DNA of 64,000 nt from positions 384,001-448,000 of the forward strand of contig CAVZZO010000003.1 in the NCBI GenBank assembly GCA_963779755.1. The letters are read 5' to 3'. Position 1 is the stretch's first letter; every line of letters begins with the position of its first letter. Source of the DNA: an uncultured Gemmatimonadales bacterium (GTDB lineage Bacteria > Gemmatimonadota > Gemmatimonadetes > Gemmatimonadales > GWC2-71-9). The notes beneath the pieces were generated by a model. The model saw only the letters and a list, made by a program, of their open reading frames with translations, did not search any database and was not told where the DNA came from. Both the position numbers and the translations under genes were made by a program. Below, one piece after another: positions 9,841 to 20,762 of the stretch.

Positions 9841-11967
9841 GAAGTGCGCGTGTGCTGCAGCGCGATCCTTCAGGATGTCACAAACCTACTCTTCCTTAGC
9901 CGCGCCGCCAGGAGGCTCGGTCGATGCCAGGCAGCCAGCGCGCCCGGCCTGCAGAACGACGCGCTTGTTAGCAACCAGCTGCGCACGGCGGCCTAGGCTA
10001 GCCCGGAGCCCGCGCCCCGAAGCCCTGGCCGCCCGCTGGGAACGGTGCGGCGCGGGGACGGCCCGGTGGCGTGGAACTCTCACGGCACCTGCCCTGCCCC
10101 GACCGCGCCGGGCTCCAGGAGCCCTGGGCGGCGGATTCGTTTGAGCCTTTTTGCACGGAGGGCGGGGCCGCCCGCAAGGAGCTGCTCTCGGGTTCCTGAA
10201 CTCCGCGGCCCTCATGGGGCCCACCAAAGAGACCCGCTGCGGTGCCTCGCTTGTGTTGCTAACGAAGTGCGCGTGTGCTGCAGCGCGATCCCTCAGGATT
10301 CCACAAACCTACGTTTCCTTAGCCGCGCCGCTTGGAGGCCTCAGGAAGGGCCGGCGGCCCGCGCGACCGGCCTGCAGAACGACGCGCTTGTTATGTGGCA
10401 ACCACGCGGGCCGACGCTCCACACCGCGCGGCGATCTCTTCGGCCGCCTCGCGGAGCCCAGGGCGACTCCCAGGCCCGCATCCCGGCCGCGTCAGAGCAC
10501 GAGGGCGCCGGCGCGATGATCACACCCGAAAGTGCTTGGGACGTAGCCCTGCCGGCGCCCATACGGGGCCGCGGCGGCACCACTGGATCGGAGCCCGCGA
10601 GGAATCCGGGCGGCCAGCGCCGACGATAACAAAGCACGAGGAACCAGGAGCCGGCAGCTTCCTCAACAGAAAAGGAACCAGGAACAGTCCGGCGTCCTTG
10701 CCACATAACGAAGTGCGTTTCAGCGGCGGCGCGATGCCCCACTCCCTCACAATCCTACGCTTCCACAGCGCGACCGCTAGACCGCCGGGAGATCCCCAAG
10801 CGGCGGCAGCACCGGCCCGCTCGCTGGAAACGCTAGTCAGCCGCAACGCGCTCTCCGCCACGTGCGGAGCGGAGCCAAGATCCCTGGGCCGCCTCACGGA
10901 GATCGGGGCGCGGCACCGGTTAGAACTTCTGACGCGCTTTGATGTGCTGCGGCCGGAAAAGAGCCCTCACGGAGCTACGGCGGCCACCGCCAGATGCTTA
11001 TCACGAACGGAAGCGAATCATAGGAACAGTCCTCGGCTTGCTTGCGGTGTAACGAAGTGCGCGTGTGCTGCAGCGCGAACCCTCAGGTTTTCACAAACCT
11101 ACGCTTCCATAGCCGCGCCGCTAGGAGGCTTCGGGTCGATGCCAGGCAGCCCGCGCGACCGGCCTGCAGAACGACGCGCTTGTTCAGAGACCGGCTGCGC
11201 ACGGCGGCCTGAGCTAGATCGGAGCCCGCGCCCCGAAGCATTGGCCGCCCGCTGGGAACGGTGCGGCGCGGGGACGGCCCGGTGGCGTGGAAAACGCCGG
11301 GCACCTGCCCTGCCCCGACCGCGCCGGGCTCCAGGAGCCCTGGGCGGCGGAATCGCTTTGAGCCTTTTTCCACGGGGGGCTGGGCCGCTCGCAAGGAGCT
11401 GCTCTCGGATTCCTGAAATCGGCGGCCCGCCTGGGGCCGCCTCAAAGAAGACCCGCAGCCGTGCCTGGCTTGTGTTGCTAACGAAGTGCGTTTGAGCGGC
11501 GGCGCGATGCCTCAGGCCCTCACAAACCTACGTTTCCACAGCCGCGACCGCTAGGAGGGCCGGGAGATGCCCCAAGCGGCCGGCAGCGGCCGGCCCGCTA
11601 GCTGGAAACGCTAGTTACAGCTGCAACGCGCTCTCCGCCACGTGCGGAGCGGAGCCAAGATCCCTGGGCCGCCTCACGGAGATCGGGGCGCCGGCACCGG
11701 TTAGAACTTCTGATGCGCTTTGATGTGCGGCGGCCGGAAAAGCGCCCTCGCTGGAGCTCCGGCGGCCACCACCAGATGCTTTTCACAACAGAAGAGAAAG
11801 GAACAGTCCGGCTTGCTTGCGGTGTAACGAAGTGCGTTTCAGCGGCGGCGCGATGCCCCGCTCCCTCACAATCCTACGCTTCCGCAGCGCGACCGCTAGA
11901 TGCCCGGGGATGCACGATCAGAGAGCAGCCCCGGGCTCGTCCGCTGGAAACGCTAGTTAGACAGCGG

Positions 11968-12455
11968 CTAAATCCAATGGGGACGAGCAATGACTTCGGG
12001 CCCCCTCGGTGCCGTGTTCTCGTGGTCCTTGCCGGTGCGAAATGACTGAAAGTCCCGCAACTCACGCCGCTCATTCTCCTGTAGCTGGACGAGTTCTCTT
12101 ACTCGCCAGAAGATGGCCCATCCTGCGGCCGTATCACCGTTAGCGGCAAACCTCGCCGTTGATGGAGGTCGATGACCAAGCTTCTCATCCTGTCTCTTCT
12201 CGAGGGCATCCTCAGTCGAGCCCATATATTTGCCCTGCCAAGCAACGACATAGCCCCATTCTGCGAGATCCTCATTATGAGAAGCATAGAGAAGTAACAG
12301 GTACGTCCTGATCTCTTCTTCTGCTCATCGACATCCCGGAACAGCTCGTACTTTTGTGACCCGAAGGACACATACCCGGTCAAGGATGCGATTCCTGGCG
12401 CGTCCTCAAGGTGGATGCGGGGTACCGGAGCCAGGATGGCAAAATCCACTGCCAT
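11968..12455 (-). CDS. Cassette: hypothetical protein (apparent frameshifts)
   Basis: GGAGAGG RBS then MAVDFAILAPVP...; continues in ORF 11968-12225. Confidence 0.6.
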
Positions 12456-12634
12456 GACCTCTCCTTCTTGGCTTCTGAAAGAACGTGATCCCACACCGCT
12501 GGCTAACGAAGTGCGTTTCAGCGGCGGCGCGATGCCCCGCTCCCTCACAATCCTACGCTTCCACAGCGCGGCCGCTAGATGTTTGGAGTTGCGCCAGGCG
12601 GCAGCAGCCCCGGCCCGTCCGCTGGAAACGCTAG

Positions 12635-12867
12635 TTACGCAGCAGCCTGAAGGTCGTTCGGAGTGAGCCCGGTATGCTTCGAGATTCGGGCGAGCATTCT
12701 CTCGTTCGATGCCATTTCCTCTTGGTCAGTGGAAGGCAAAGACGAAGTCAGGCCAGCCTGCCCGACTCAACGTCCGGTGGGAGCCGGATTCGCGCTTGAC
12801 AGACCAGCCGATCCGGAGAAGAGCCGCCAAGACCCGTCGGGCCTTCGGCAGCTCCCCAGCTACTCAT
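12635..12867 (-). CDS. hicA: Cassette: HicA-family toxin (apparent frameshifts)
   Basis: Hand translation gives ..RRVLAALLRIGWSVKRESGSHRTLSRAGWPDFVFAFH..RMLARISKHTGLTPNDL, with the GSH motif. Confidence 0.8.
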
Positions 12868-13068
12868 GCGGCCTGAAAGCTAAGGTTCAGGAGTTCGGGG
12901 ACAGCCTCGCCATGCTCCAAGCGTTCGGCCAAGGAACGCAAGGCCAGGGCTTGGACCTCGCACGGCGTCAGGCCGCGTGACCCCGTAGGCCATCACGCCC
13001 GGGAGGTCCTGGACCTCCGCAAGCCAACGGCCATCAGTCTCCTGTTCGACCTCGATACGGAGAATCAC
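12864..13068 (-). CDS. hicB: Cassette: HicB-family antitoxin (apparent frameshift)
   Basis: IEVEQETDGRWLAEVQDLPGVMAYGVT is the HicB N-terminal signature; ATGA overlap with hicA. Confidence 0.85.
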
Positions 13069-13259
13069 GGCGTTCCTCCAAGGCTAGTTTGCTTGGCCCA
13101 AATCTAACTGGGAAGCGGCCTTGCTGCGTAACGAAGTGCGTTTCAGCGGCGGCGCGATGCCCCGCCCTTTCACAATCCTACGCTTCCTTACCGCGACCGC
13201 TAGATCCCCGGGAAATGCGCCAGCAGGCTGCAGCCCCGGCCCGCCCGCTGGAAACGCTA

Positions 13260-13596
13260 GTTAAATGGCAGCCGTCCACGAGAGGTGATCGATTCCGTTC
13301 CCCGATCTCCCCAACGCACGACTCCCCGGCCTTTTACCCCGCTAGCGGAGGACTGTGGCTCCGAGCGCTTGGATTTTGGATCTGGGCAACCCAGCCTGGG
13401 AGCAGACGTCTCTACGCGCCCCCTGAGCCCGCTACGAGATCCGGGGCCCGCTGAGCGCCCGCCGGAATGCACTAATCCAGGATTCCACCTGCGCTCGTGC
13501 CAAAGGCCTCATTCCTGAGCCGCCCAGTTGGCCGGGCCTTCCTCCGAAAGGAGCACCTCCTGGATCAGCCAAGGACGGCCGGCACGTCCATTTAAC
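13260..13596 (-). other. Gene-less cassette family N7 (second copy 19937-20266)
   Basis: About 330 bp; both copies have the same attC; no conserved ORF. Confidence 0.7.
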
Positions 13597-13742
13597 GAAG
13601 GGCGTTTCAGCAGCGGCGCGATGCCCCGCACCCTCAGCAATCCTACGCTTCCACAGCGCGAGCGCTAGATGCTTGGGAGACGCACCCAGTGGCGGCGGCA
13701 CCGGCCCGGCTGCTGCAAACACTGTTAGACAGCACTGCGCGA

Positions 13743-14164
13743 CTATCCGGTCTCAAAGGATATACCCGAGAAGTCGGGGGTCCGGTTGATCAGCGACTGG
13801 AAGCTCGCATCGCCCTCTACCACCGAAGCCCAGTCCTCATTGGCCGGGAAATCCATCGACGAGTGGTCCACTTCCACTATTCCTGGCGCAGGTCCAAAGC
13901 CCAACTCCACTACGAGGCGACCAATGAGCGCGTCCTGGGCCTGCGGAGCTTCGCTTTCGCGATCAGAGAATTGCCGGACTATAAGCAATGTCGCGTAGCC
14001 CTCATCTTCTTGGATCTGAACCGAAGCGAAGGTAGCAATCTGAGACTTCCCGCCGGAGTGCACCAGAACACGCGCCAGGTCGGCCACGGATCTAAGTGCG
14101 CCGGATTGAGGCCGTGGCGTTCAAGAGCTAACAGGAACTCAGGCCTAGCCCGAAATGCTTCCAT
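13743..14164 (-). CDS. Cassette: hypothetical protein (apparent frameshift)
   Basis: Two overlapping ORFs (13979-14164, 13743-14087) together fill the cassette. Confidence 0.6.
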
Positions 14165-15099
14165 TGGTGCTGGCTAAACGAAGTGCGCGTGCGCTGCAGC
14201 GCGAACCCTCAGGTTTTCACAAACCTACGCTTCCACAGCCGCGCCGCTAGGAGGCTGTCGGGTGGGTCGGCGGCCCGCGCGACCGGCCTGCAGAACGACG
14301 CGCTTGTTAGCAACCGGCTGCGATGACGCCGCCTGAGCCACATCGGAGCCCCGCCCGGAGCATTGGCCGCCCGAGCGGAACCTCGCGGCGCGGCGGCCTA
14401 GCCGGTGGTCGGGACAACGCCCGGGACCTACCCGCCCCGACCGCGCCGATCTCCAGGAGAGCTGGGCGGCGGAACCGCACCTCAGCGATTCCACGGCGCC
14501 TGGGTGCTGGGCCGTCTTGCGGTGCTCCGAAATCTCCTGGAAATCAGGCGGCCCGCCAGGAGCCGCCTCAAAGAAAGCACCCGGACAGCCCTGGCTGGCT
14601 CGTGTTGCTAACGAAGTGCGTTTCAGCGGCGGCGCGATGCCCCAGCCCTTTCACAATCTACGCTTCCACAGCGCGACCGCTAGATGCCGGGGCGAGGCAC
14701 CAAAAGGCAGCAGCCTCGGCCCGTCCGCTGGAAACGCTAGTTACAAGGCAGCGCGCTCGCGAGCGGGACCGAACCAAGATCGCTGGGCCGCCGCAAGGAG
14801 CGTTGGGCGCCGGCACCCGCCCGAACCTTCCCGATGCGCTTTGATGCCGGGCGGCCCTAACAGCGCCCTCACGGAGCTTTGGTTGGCCACCACCAGATGC
14901 TTCTCACAACGGCAAAGAATCAAGAACAGTCCGGCTTGCCTGCCGTGTAGCGAAGTGCGCCTCAGCTGCGGCGAAGAACCTGACTTCCTTCACAAACCTA
15001 CGTTTCCGCAGCGCGGCCGCTAGATCAGCGGGAGATGCGCCAAGCGGTCTCGCACCGGCCCGTCAGATGGAGGCGCTAGTTAGGCCGTGGCTCCGCGCG

Positions 15100-15690
15100 T
15101 TAATAGCCTTTCGGTTGCCATGCCGATGATCGTATCACGATTCGTGCAGGCTTCACACCGTCGCCCGACACCATAACGGTAAGGAAAACCACCCTGCTTT
15201 TCGAAGAGATCGTTATAGCGATACGGCAGTCCTTGTACATGGGGAATGAACGTGACTGTCTAGTCCTGAAGGATATCAAGTAGAGGAAATACCGCACCCC
15301 TCGAGCGAGATCCTGGGGTCGGTAGGCTCAGAACCGCTGACAGAAACCCCGTTAGGATACTTCACTATACTGGGACCTAACGGCATGCCCGGCATCGTCG
15401 AGATCTGAAAGTTGGTAAGGTAGGCCCGGCACGCCTTAGCTAGACGGAAGGACTTAGAGCTCTGACCTTGACTCGGAGATAGATCCCTGCCGCTGGAAGG
15501 CCCGTGGTTCTCCGGGTCAGTGTGATGAGACTTTCACATTCCCGGAATGTCAGGTTGAGCTATGAGCGCAACCACCATAGCCAGCACCTGGCTCGGCACG
15601 CAAAGCAATGAGGAAGCTGCAGAGGACGACAAGAAATGTCGGGAGAAGCTGGGCGAACGAAGCTGCTTGCTTAGGAGCGATCACGGTCTC
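15100..15690 (-). pseudogene. Cassette: lower-GC fragmented hypothetical gene
   Basis: About 640-bp lower-GC cassette with only short ORF pieces. Confidence 0.35.
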
Positions 15691-16338
15691 GGATGATCTT
15701 GGCCTCTCCCACGGCCTAACGGTCTGCGTTTCAGCGGCGGCGCGAGGCCCCGCTCTCTCATAATCCTACGCTTCCTTAGCGCGATCGCTAGATGCCTGGG
15801 CAAGGCACCGGCGGGCTGCAGCACCGTGCCCGCCCGCTGAAACGCTTGTTAGCTGCCGGCCGCAATGCCATTCTCGGCTGCGATGACGCTGCCACAGGTG
15901 CGGAGCCCCCAGCCGGGAGACCCGGCCGCCCGCTCGGAGCTCGGCGGGGCGGCAGACGCTGGACGCTAGTCCACCGGGAACGACGCTGACCTTGCCCCGA
16001 CCGCCCCGCGGGGAGGGGCCTCGGGCGGCATGGCGGAGCCTGCTAGACGACCCGCGCAAGCAGGCCGGTGCCGCCTCACCAGCGCCAACCAGCTGAGGAG
16101 CTCCGGCGGCACCACGAGGAGCCCACCAAGAGATCAGCACTGGGCGGCCCGGCTGGCGCGTGCAGCTAACGAAGTGCGCGTGTGCTGCAGCGCGATCCCT
16201 CAGGTTCTCACAAACCTACGCTTCCATAGCGCGCCGCCAGAAGGCCGCATGGCACCAACTGGCCGCAGCACCGGCCTGCAGAACGACGCGCTCGTTAGGC
16301 CGCAACGCGGGCACGGCCCGGAAACTCGACCTGCGAGT

Positions 16339-16834
16339 CTAGAGCTCCACGAATACCCGCGTGGCGGAATACATCAATGCTGCCGCCTCGCCGCATTGGC
16401 TTGAGAACTGGTCCACCCTACTGCCGAAACCCAGCTTCTCATAGAATTGACGGCTGTTGACCATTTCGGAAAATGCTATGAGGAGATCTCGAAGCTGGCG
16501 GACGCTGGACCATCGAACTGGCTAACCTGAGGGAACCACCCATCTGAGGCATGTCGCAAGCGCGCGCGGCAATGTAGTAGAAGCATCTGTGTGAAGCTGC
16601 ACTTCGAACCTTGCCTCATTCGAGCAGGCGTCGAGCGTCCTAACTCCTACCATTGCACCTCGCCTCTGGAAGTCCAGGCCACGGCTCGTCGAAACAGCGA
16701 ATCAGCTGTTCAGGCGCTCATCGACCTCCTCTCCGAGATCTCGCTGACCCTTCCCGAGAGCCAGAAAAGTCGCATACCTGGACGTGCATGCTCAGCTTGC
16801 GGATCGCAGACCCAAGGTAGTCATAAAGCTCCAT
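16339..16834 (-). pseudogene. Cassette: fragmented GNAT-like acetyltransferase
   Basis: The minus strand at 16427-16450 encodes QFYEKLGF, a GNAT C-terminal motif; the frames are broken. Confidence 0.45.
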
Positions 16835-18231
16835 CTGGTTCCGTGGGTATAGTGGCGCCTAACGAAGTGCGTTTCAGCGGCGGCGCGATGCCCCAGCCCT
16901 TACACAATCCTACGCTTCCACAGCGCGACCGCTAGATCCGGGGCTAGGCACCAAAAGGCAGCAGCCTCGGCCCGTCCGCTGGAAACGCTAGTTACAAGGC
17001 AGCGCGCTCTCGCCCGCGAGCGGGACCGAACAAAGATCGCTGGGCCGCCGCAAGGAGCGTTGGGCGCCGGCACCCGCCCGAACCTTCCCCATGCGCTTTG
17101 ATGCCGGGCGGCCCGAACAGCGCCCTCACGGAGCTTGGGCGGCCACCACCAGATGCTTCTCATAACGGCAAAGAATCAAGAACAGTCCGGCTTGCCTGCG
17201 GTGTAACGAAGTGCGCGTGTGCTGCAGCGCGATCCCTCAGGTTTTCACAAACCTACGCTTCCACAGCCGCGCCGCTAGGTGGCCCGAGCGTGGGTCTACA
17301 GCCCGCGCGACCGGCCTGCAGAACGACGCGCTTGTTAGCTGCCGGCCGAGAGGACGCTACCTCTTCCGGCTGGGGACCCACGCTCGGAGGCACGGCCGCC
17401 GGCCGGAAGCCCTGGCGGGGCGGAGGAAGATCGGATGCCTCCAACCAGCTTGGGGCCTTCCGTGCCCCGAACGCCCCGCGCCAGGAGTCTTGGGCGGCCC
17501 GGCGGAGTGTTCCATGCGACCCGCGCAAGGAGGCGGTGCCGCCTCACGACATCAAGCAGTTCAGGAAGCCCGGCGGCACCATCAGGAGCCCACCAAGAGA
17601 TCAGCAACGGACAGCTTGGCTGGCTCGTGCAGCTAACGGTCTGCGTTTCAGCGGCGGCGCGATGCCCCGCTCCCTCATAATCCTACGCTTCCTTACCGCG
17701 ACCGCTAGATGTCCGAGCAATGCACCAGCGGCCTGCAGCACCGTGCCCGGCCGCTGCAAACGCTTGTTAGCTGCCGGCCGCAATGACATTCTCGGTTGCG
17801 ATGACGCTGCCGGCAGGTGCGGAGTCCCCACCCCGGGAGGCCCGGCCGCCCCCTCGGAGCTCCGGCGGGGCGGAAGATCGCTGGACGCTTGTCCACCGGG
17901 AACGACGCTGACCCTGCCCCGACCGCCCCGCGGGGAGGGGCCCCGGGCGGCATGGCGGAGCCTGCCAGACGACCCGCGCAAGGAGGCCGGTGCCGCCTCA
18001 CCTCCGCCAACCAGCTGAGGAACTCCGGCGGCACCACCAGGAGCCCACCAAAAGATCAGCACTGGGAGGCCCGGCTGGCGCGTGCAGCTAACGAAGTGCG
18101 CGTGTGCTGCAGCGCGATCCCGACTTCCTTCACAAACCTACGTTTCCGCAGCGCGGCCGCTAGATCCCTCGGAGATGCCCCACCCGGCGGCAGCACCGGC
18201 CTGCAGAACGACGCGCTTGTTACACAGCACC

Positions 18232-18501
18232 CTAGAGGTCTTGGATCAGCCGCTCGTACTCGTCGTGGGAGCCAATCCAAAACCAAAGAATGAGCTCGCC
18301 CTCGCGCACGCCAAGAGCGCGATACCCCAGACTGACCCGGGCGGAGTAGATCGGCTGTGTGGCGTGGACTGGCTTGAAATGCAGGCTTGGGTGCTGCGGG
18401 TCGTCACGGAATTGCTGATAGGCCTTGCGGGCTCGCTCCTGCACATGGACCGGTAAGGCCCCGAACGCCTTCCGGAACCGGGCCGTGGTCCTGGAGATCA
18501 A
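18232..18501 (-). CDS. Cassette: RelE/ParE-like toxin
   Basis: TTG start overlapping the antitoxin stop; FRDDPQHPSLHFK..YRALG..WFWIGSHDEYER signature. Confidence 0.85.
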   Translation of the reverse strand: MISRTTARFRKAFGALPVHVQERARKAYQQFRDDPQHPSLHFKPVHATQPIYSARVSLGYRALGVREGELILWFWIGSHDEYERLIQDL

Positions 18502-18716
18502 AGCCGGTCGGGATCTAGAGCCTCTGATCGGCCGGCCCGATGCTCCTCCAGGGCCTCCTGGGCCAGCCTCTGCAGCTGATCTCCAGAGGCACCCAAGAGG
18601 GCTTCCCACCGCGCATCGGCGGCCAATTCTTCCAGGATCGCGGCGGCAAGCTCGTCCTGGTCCTTGGGGGGGAGCCGGGAGGCCACTTCAAAGGCCTTCT
18701 TCAGGTTACGGGTCAT
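18498..18716 (-). CDS. Cassette: cognate antitoxin
   Basis: 72-aa acidic protein directly upstream of the toxin and translationally coupled to it. Confidence 0.8.
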   Translation of the reverse strand: MTRNLKKAFEVASRLPPKDQDELAAAILEELAADARWEALLGASGDQLQRLAQEALEEHRAGRSEALDPDRL

Positions 18717-18721
18717 GCTGG

Positions 18722-18751
18722 ATGATATGGCAAAGGAGAGCGGCGCGCTAG
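18722..18751 (-). promoter_or_regulatory. Putative TA-cassette promoter (leaderless)
   Basis: CTAGCG-N18-TATCAT-N5-ATG on the minus strand. Confidence 0.5.
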
Positions 18752-18901
18752 CCGCGCCTCAGTGCTGTGTAACGAAGTGCGTTTCAGCGGCGGCGCGATG
18801 CCCCGCTCCCTCACAATCCTACGCTTCCACAGCGCGACCGCTAGATGCCGGGGGGATGCACCATCAGGCAGCAGCCCCGGCCCGCTCGCTGGAAACGCTA
18901 G

Positions 18902-19105
18902 TTATACGGAACCGCGACGGACCTCTTCGAGCACATCGCGGGCTCGACCATAATCTTCCTCGGCGACTACCCATACGCTGAACGGGTTCCCGTGAATGCC
19001 GGACAGAGCCTCGCCGCGTACGACGGCCGGAATACCCGCAGCCTCAAGGGCCAGCTTCAGGCTGTATGCATCTGTCGCCACTGATGACCGGAGTAGTTCA
19101 CGCAT
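18902..19105 (-). CDS. Cassette: DUF2007-like putative signal transducing protein
   Basis: AYSLKLALEAAGIPAVVRGE...VWVVAEEDYGRARDVL pattern. Confidence 0.8.
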   Translation of the reverse strand: MRELLRSSVATDAYSLKLALEAAGIPAVVRGEALSGIHGNPFSVWVVAEEDYGRARDVLEEVRRGSV

Positions 19106-20762
19106 CCGTATTGCCTGGGTGCCGTATAACGAAGTGCGCGTGTGCTGCAGCGCGGTCCTTCAGGATTTCACAAACCTACGCTTCCACAGCCGCGCCGCCA
19201 GGAGGCCGGAGTGTGGGCCGGGGCCTGCGCGACTGGCCTGCAGAACGACGCGCTTGTTATATGGCGAAACGCTCTCGGCCTCAACCGGAACCGGGGCCAA
19301 ATGCCTGGGCCGCCTCACGGAGACCGGGGCGCCGGCACCTGTTGGAACTTCTGCCGCGCTTTGATGCATGGCGGCCCGAACAGCGCCCTCAAGGAACTTG
19401 GGCGGCCACCACCAGATGCTGTTGTACATCAAAAGAGAACGAGCAGTCCAGCCCGTTCGACCATATAACGAAGTGCGCGTGTGCTGCAGCGCGGTCCTTC
19501 AGGATTTCACAAACCTACGCTTCCACAGCCGCGCCGCCAGGAGGCCGGAGTGTGGGCCAGGGGCCTGCGCGACTGGCCTGCAGAACGACGCGCTTGTTAT
19601 ATGGCGAAACGCTCTCGGCCTCAACCGGAACCGGGGCCAAATGCCTGGGCCGCCTCACGGAGACCGGGGCGCCGGCACCTGTTGGAACTTCTGCCGCGCT
19701 TTGATGCATGGCGGCCCGAACAGCGCCCTCAAGGAACTTGGGCGGCCACCACCAGATGCTGTTGTACATCAAAAGAGAACGAGCAGTCCAGCCCGTTCGA
19801 CCATATAACGAAGTGCGTTTCAGCGGCGGCGCGATGCCCCGCCCTTTCACAATCCTACGCTTCCTTACCGCGACCGCTAGATCCCCGGGAAATGCGCCAG
19901 CAGGCTGCAGCCCCGGCCCGCCCGCTGGAAACGCTAGTTAAATGGCAGCCGTCCACGAGAGGTGATCGATTCCGTTCCCCGATCTCCCCAACGCACGACT
20001 CCCCTACCCCGCTCGCGGAGGACTGTGGCTCCGAGCGCTTGGACTTCGGATCTGGGCAACCCAGCCTGGGAGCGACGTCTCTACGCGCCCCCTGAGCCCG
20101 CTACGAGATCCGGGGCCCGCTGAGCGCCCGCCGGAATGCACTAATGCAGGGGTTCTACCTGCGCTCGTGCCAAAGGCCGCATTCCTGAGCCGCCCAGTTG
20201 GCCGGGCCTTCCTCCGAAAGGAGCACCTACTGGATCAGCCAAGGACGGCCGGCACGTCCATTTAACGAAGTGCGTTTCAGCGGCGGCGCGATGCCCCGCT
20301 CCCTCACAATCCTACGCTTCCTTACCGCGACCGCTAGATGTCCGAGAAATGCACCAGCGGGCTGCAGCACCGTGCCCGCCCGCTGCAAACGCTTGTTAGC
20401 TGCCGGCCGCAATGACAATTTCGGGTGCGATGACGCTGCCGGTATGTGCGGAGCCCCCGCGCCGGGAGACTACGGGCCGCACGGCGCGCTGCAACCGGCA
20501 GAAGCCGGCGCCGTCGGCGGCCAGCTGACGCGCTAGGAGAAGGCAGCGACGCTCTCCGAACCCGCTCGGACTGCACCTTCCTTGCCATGGAGCCGCCCCG
20601 CGGAGAGAAACCTTGGGCGGCATCGCGGAGCCTTCCAGGCGACCCGCCGCAAGGAGGCCTGGTGCCGCCTCACCGCTACCAACGCAACTGCAGAGTTCCG
20701 GCGGCACCACCAGAGCGCTCTCACCAAGAGATCAGCACTGGAGCGGCCCGGCTGGCGCGTGC

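Larger units (their letters stand above)
1..20401 (-). repeat. 41 attC sites (about 130-145 bp)
   Basis: Type A (AACGAAGTGCGCGTGTGCTGCAG...CTGCAGAACGACGCGCTTGTT) starts at 1761, 2814, 3364, 4684, 6401, 6951, 7370, 8138, 9060, 9494, 9834, 10257, 11047, 14172, 16164, 17201, 18086, 19124, 19463. Type B (AAC..TGCGTTTCAGCGG...CCGCTG(G/C)AAACGCT(A/T)GTT) starts at 2193, 3779, 4234, 5233, 5947, 7793, 8588, 10703, 11476, 11822, 12501, 13126, 13590, 14606, 15714, 16857, 17631, 18767, 19803, 20260. A variant C lies at 14945 and a partial site at 1-101. The extrahelical G is on the + (bottom) strand in the R''-side arm. Confidence 0.95.

Noticed and set aside
201..16834. Biological pseudogenisation or programmed frameshifting of cassette genes
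   Set aside because: The dense 1-bp indels (for example 2323-2813 against 11963-12500, and damaged R boxes at 10836, 11182 and 14172) are confined to the repetitive array and look like poorly polished long-read consensus. Raw reads are needed to decide.
1..20401. CRISPR array interpretation of the repeats
   Set aside because: The repeats are about 140-bp attC palindromes separating 200-1700-bp units, an intI is adjacent, and no cas genes are present.
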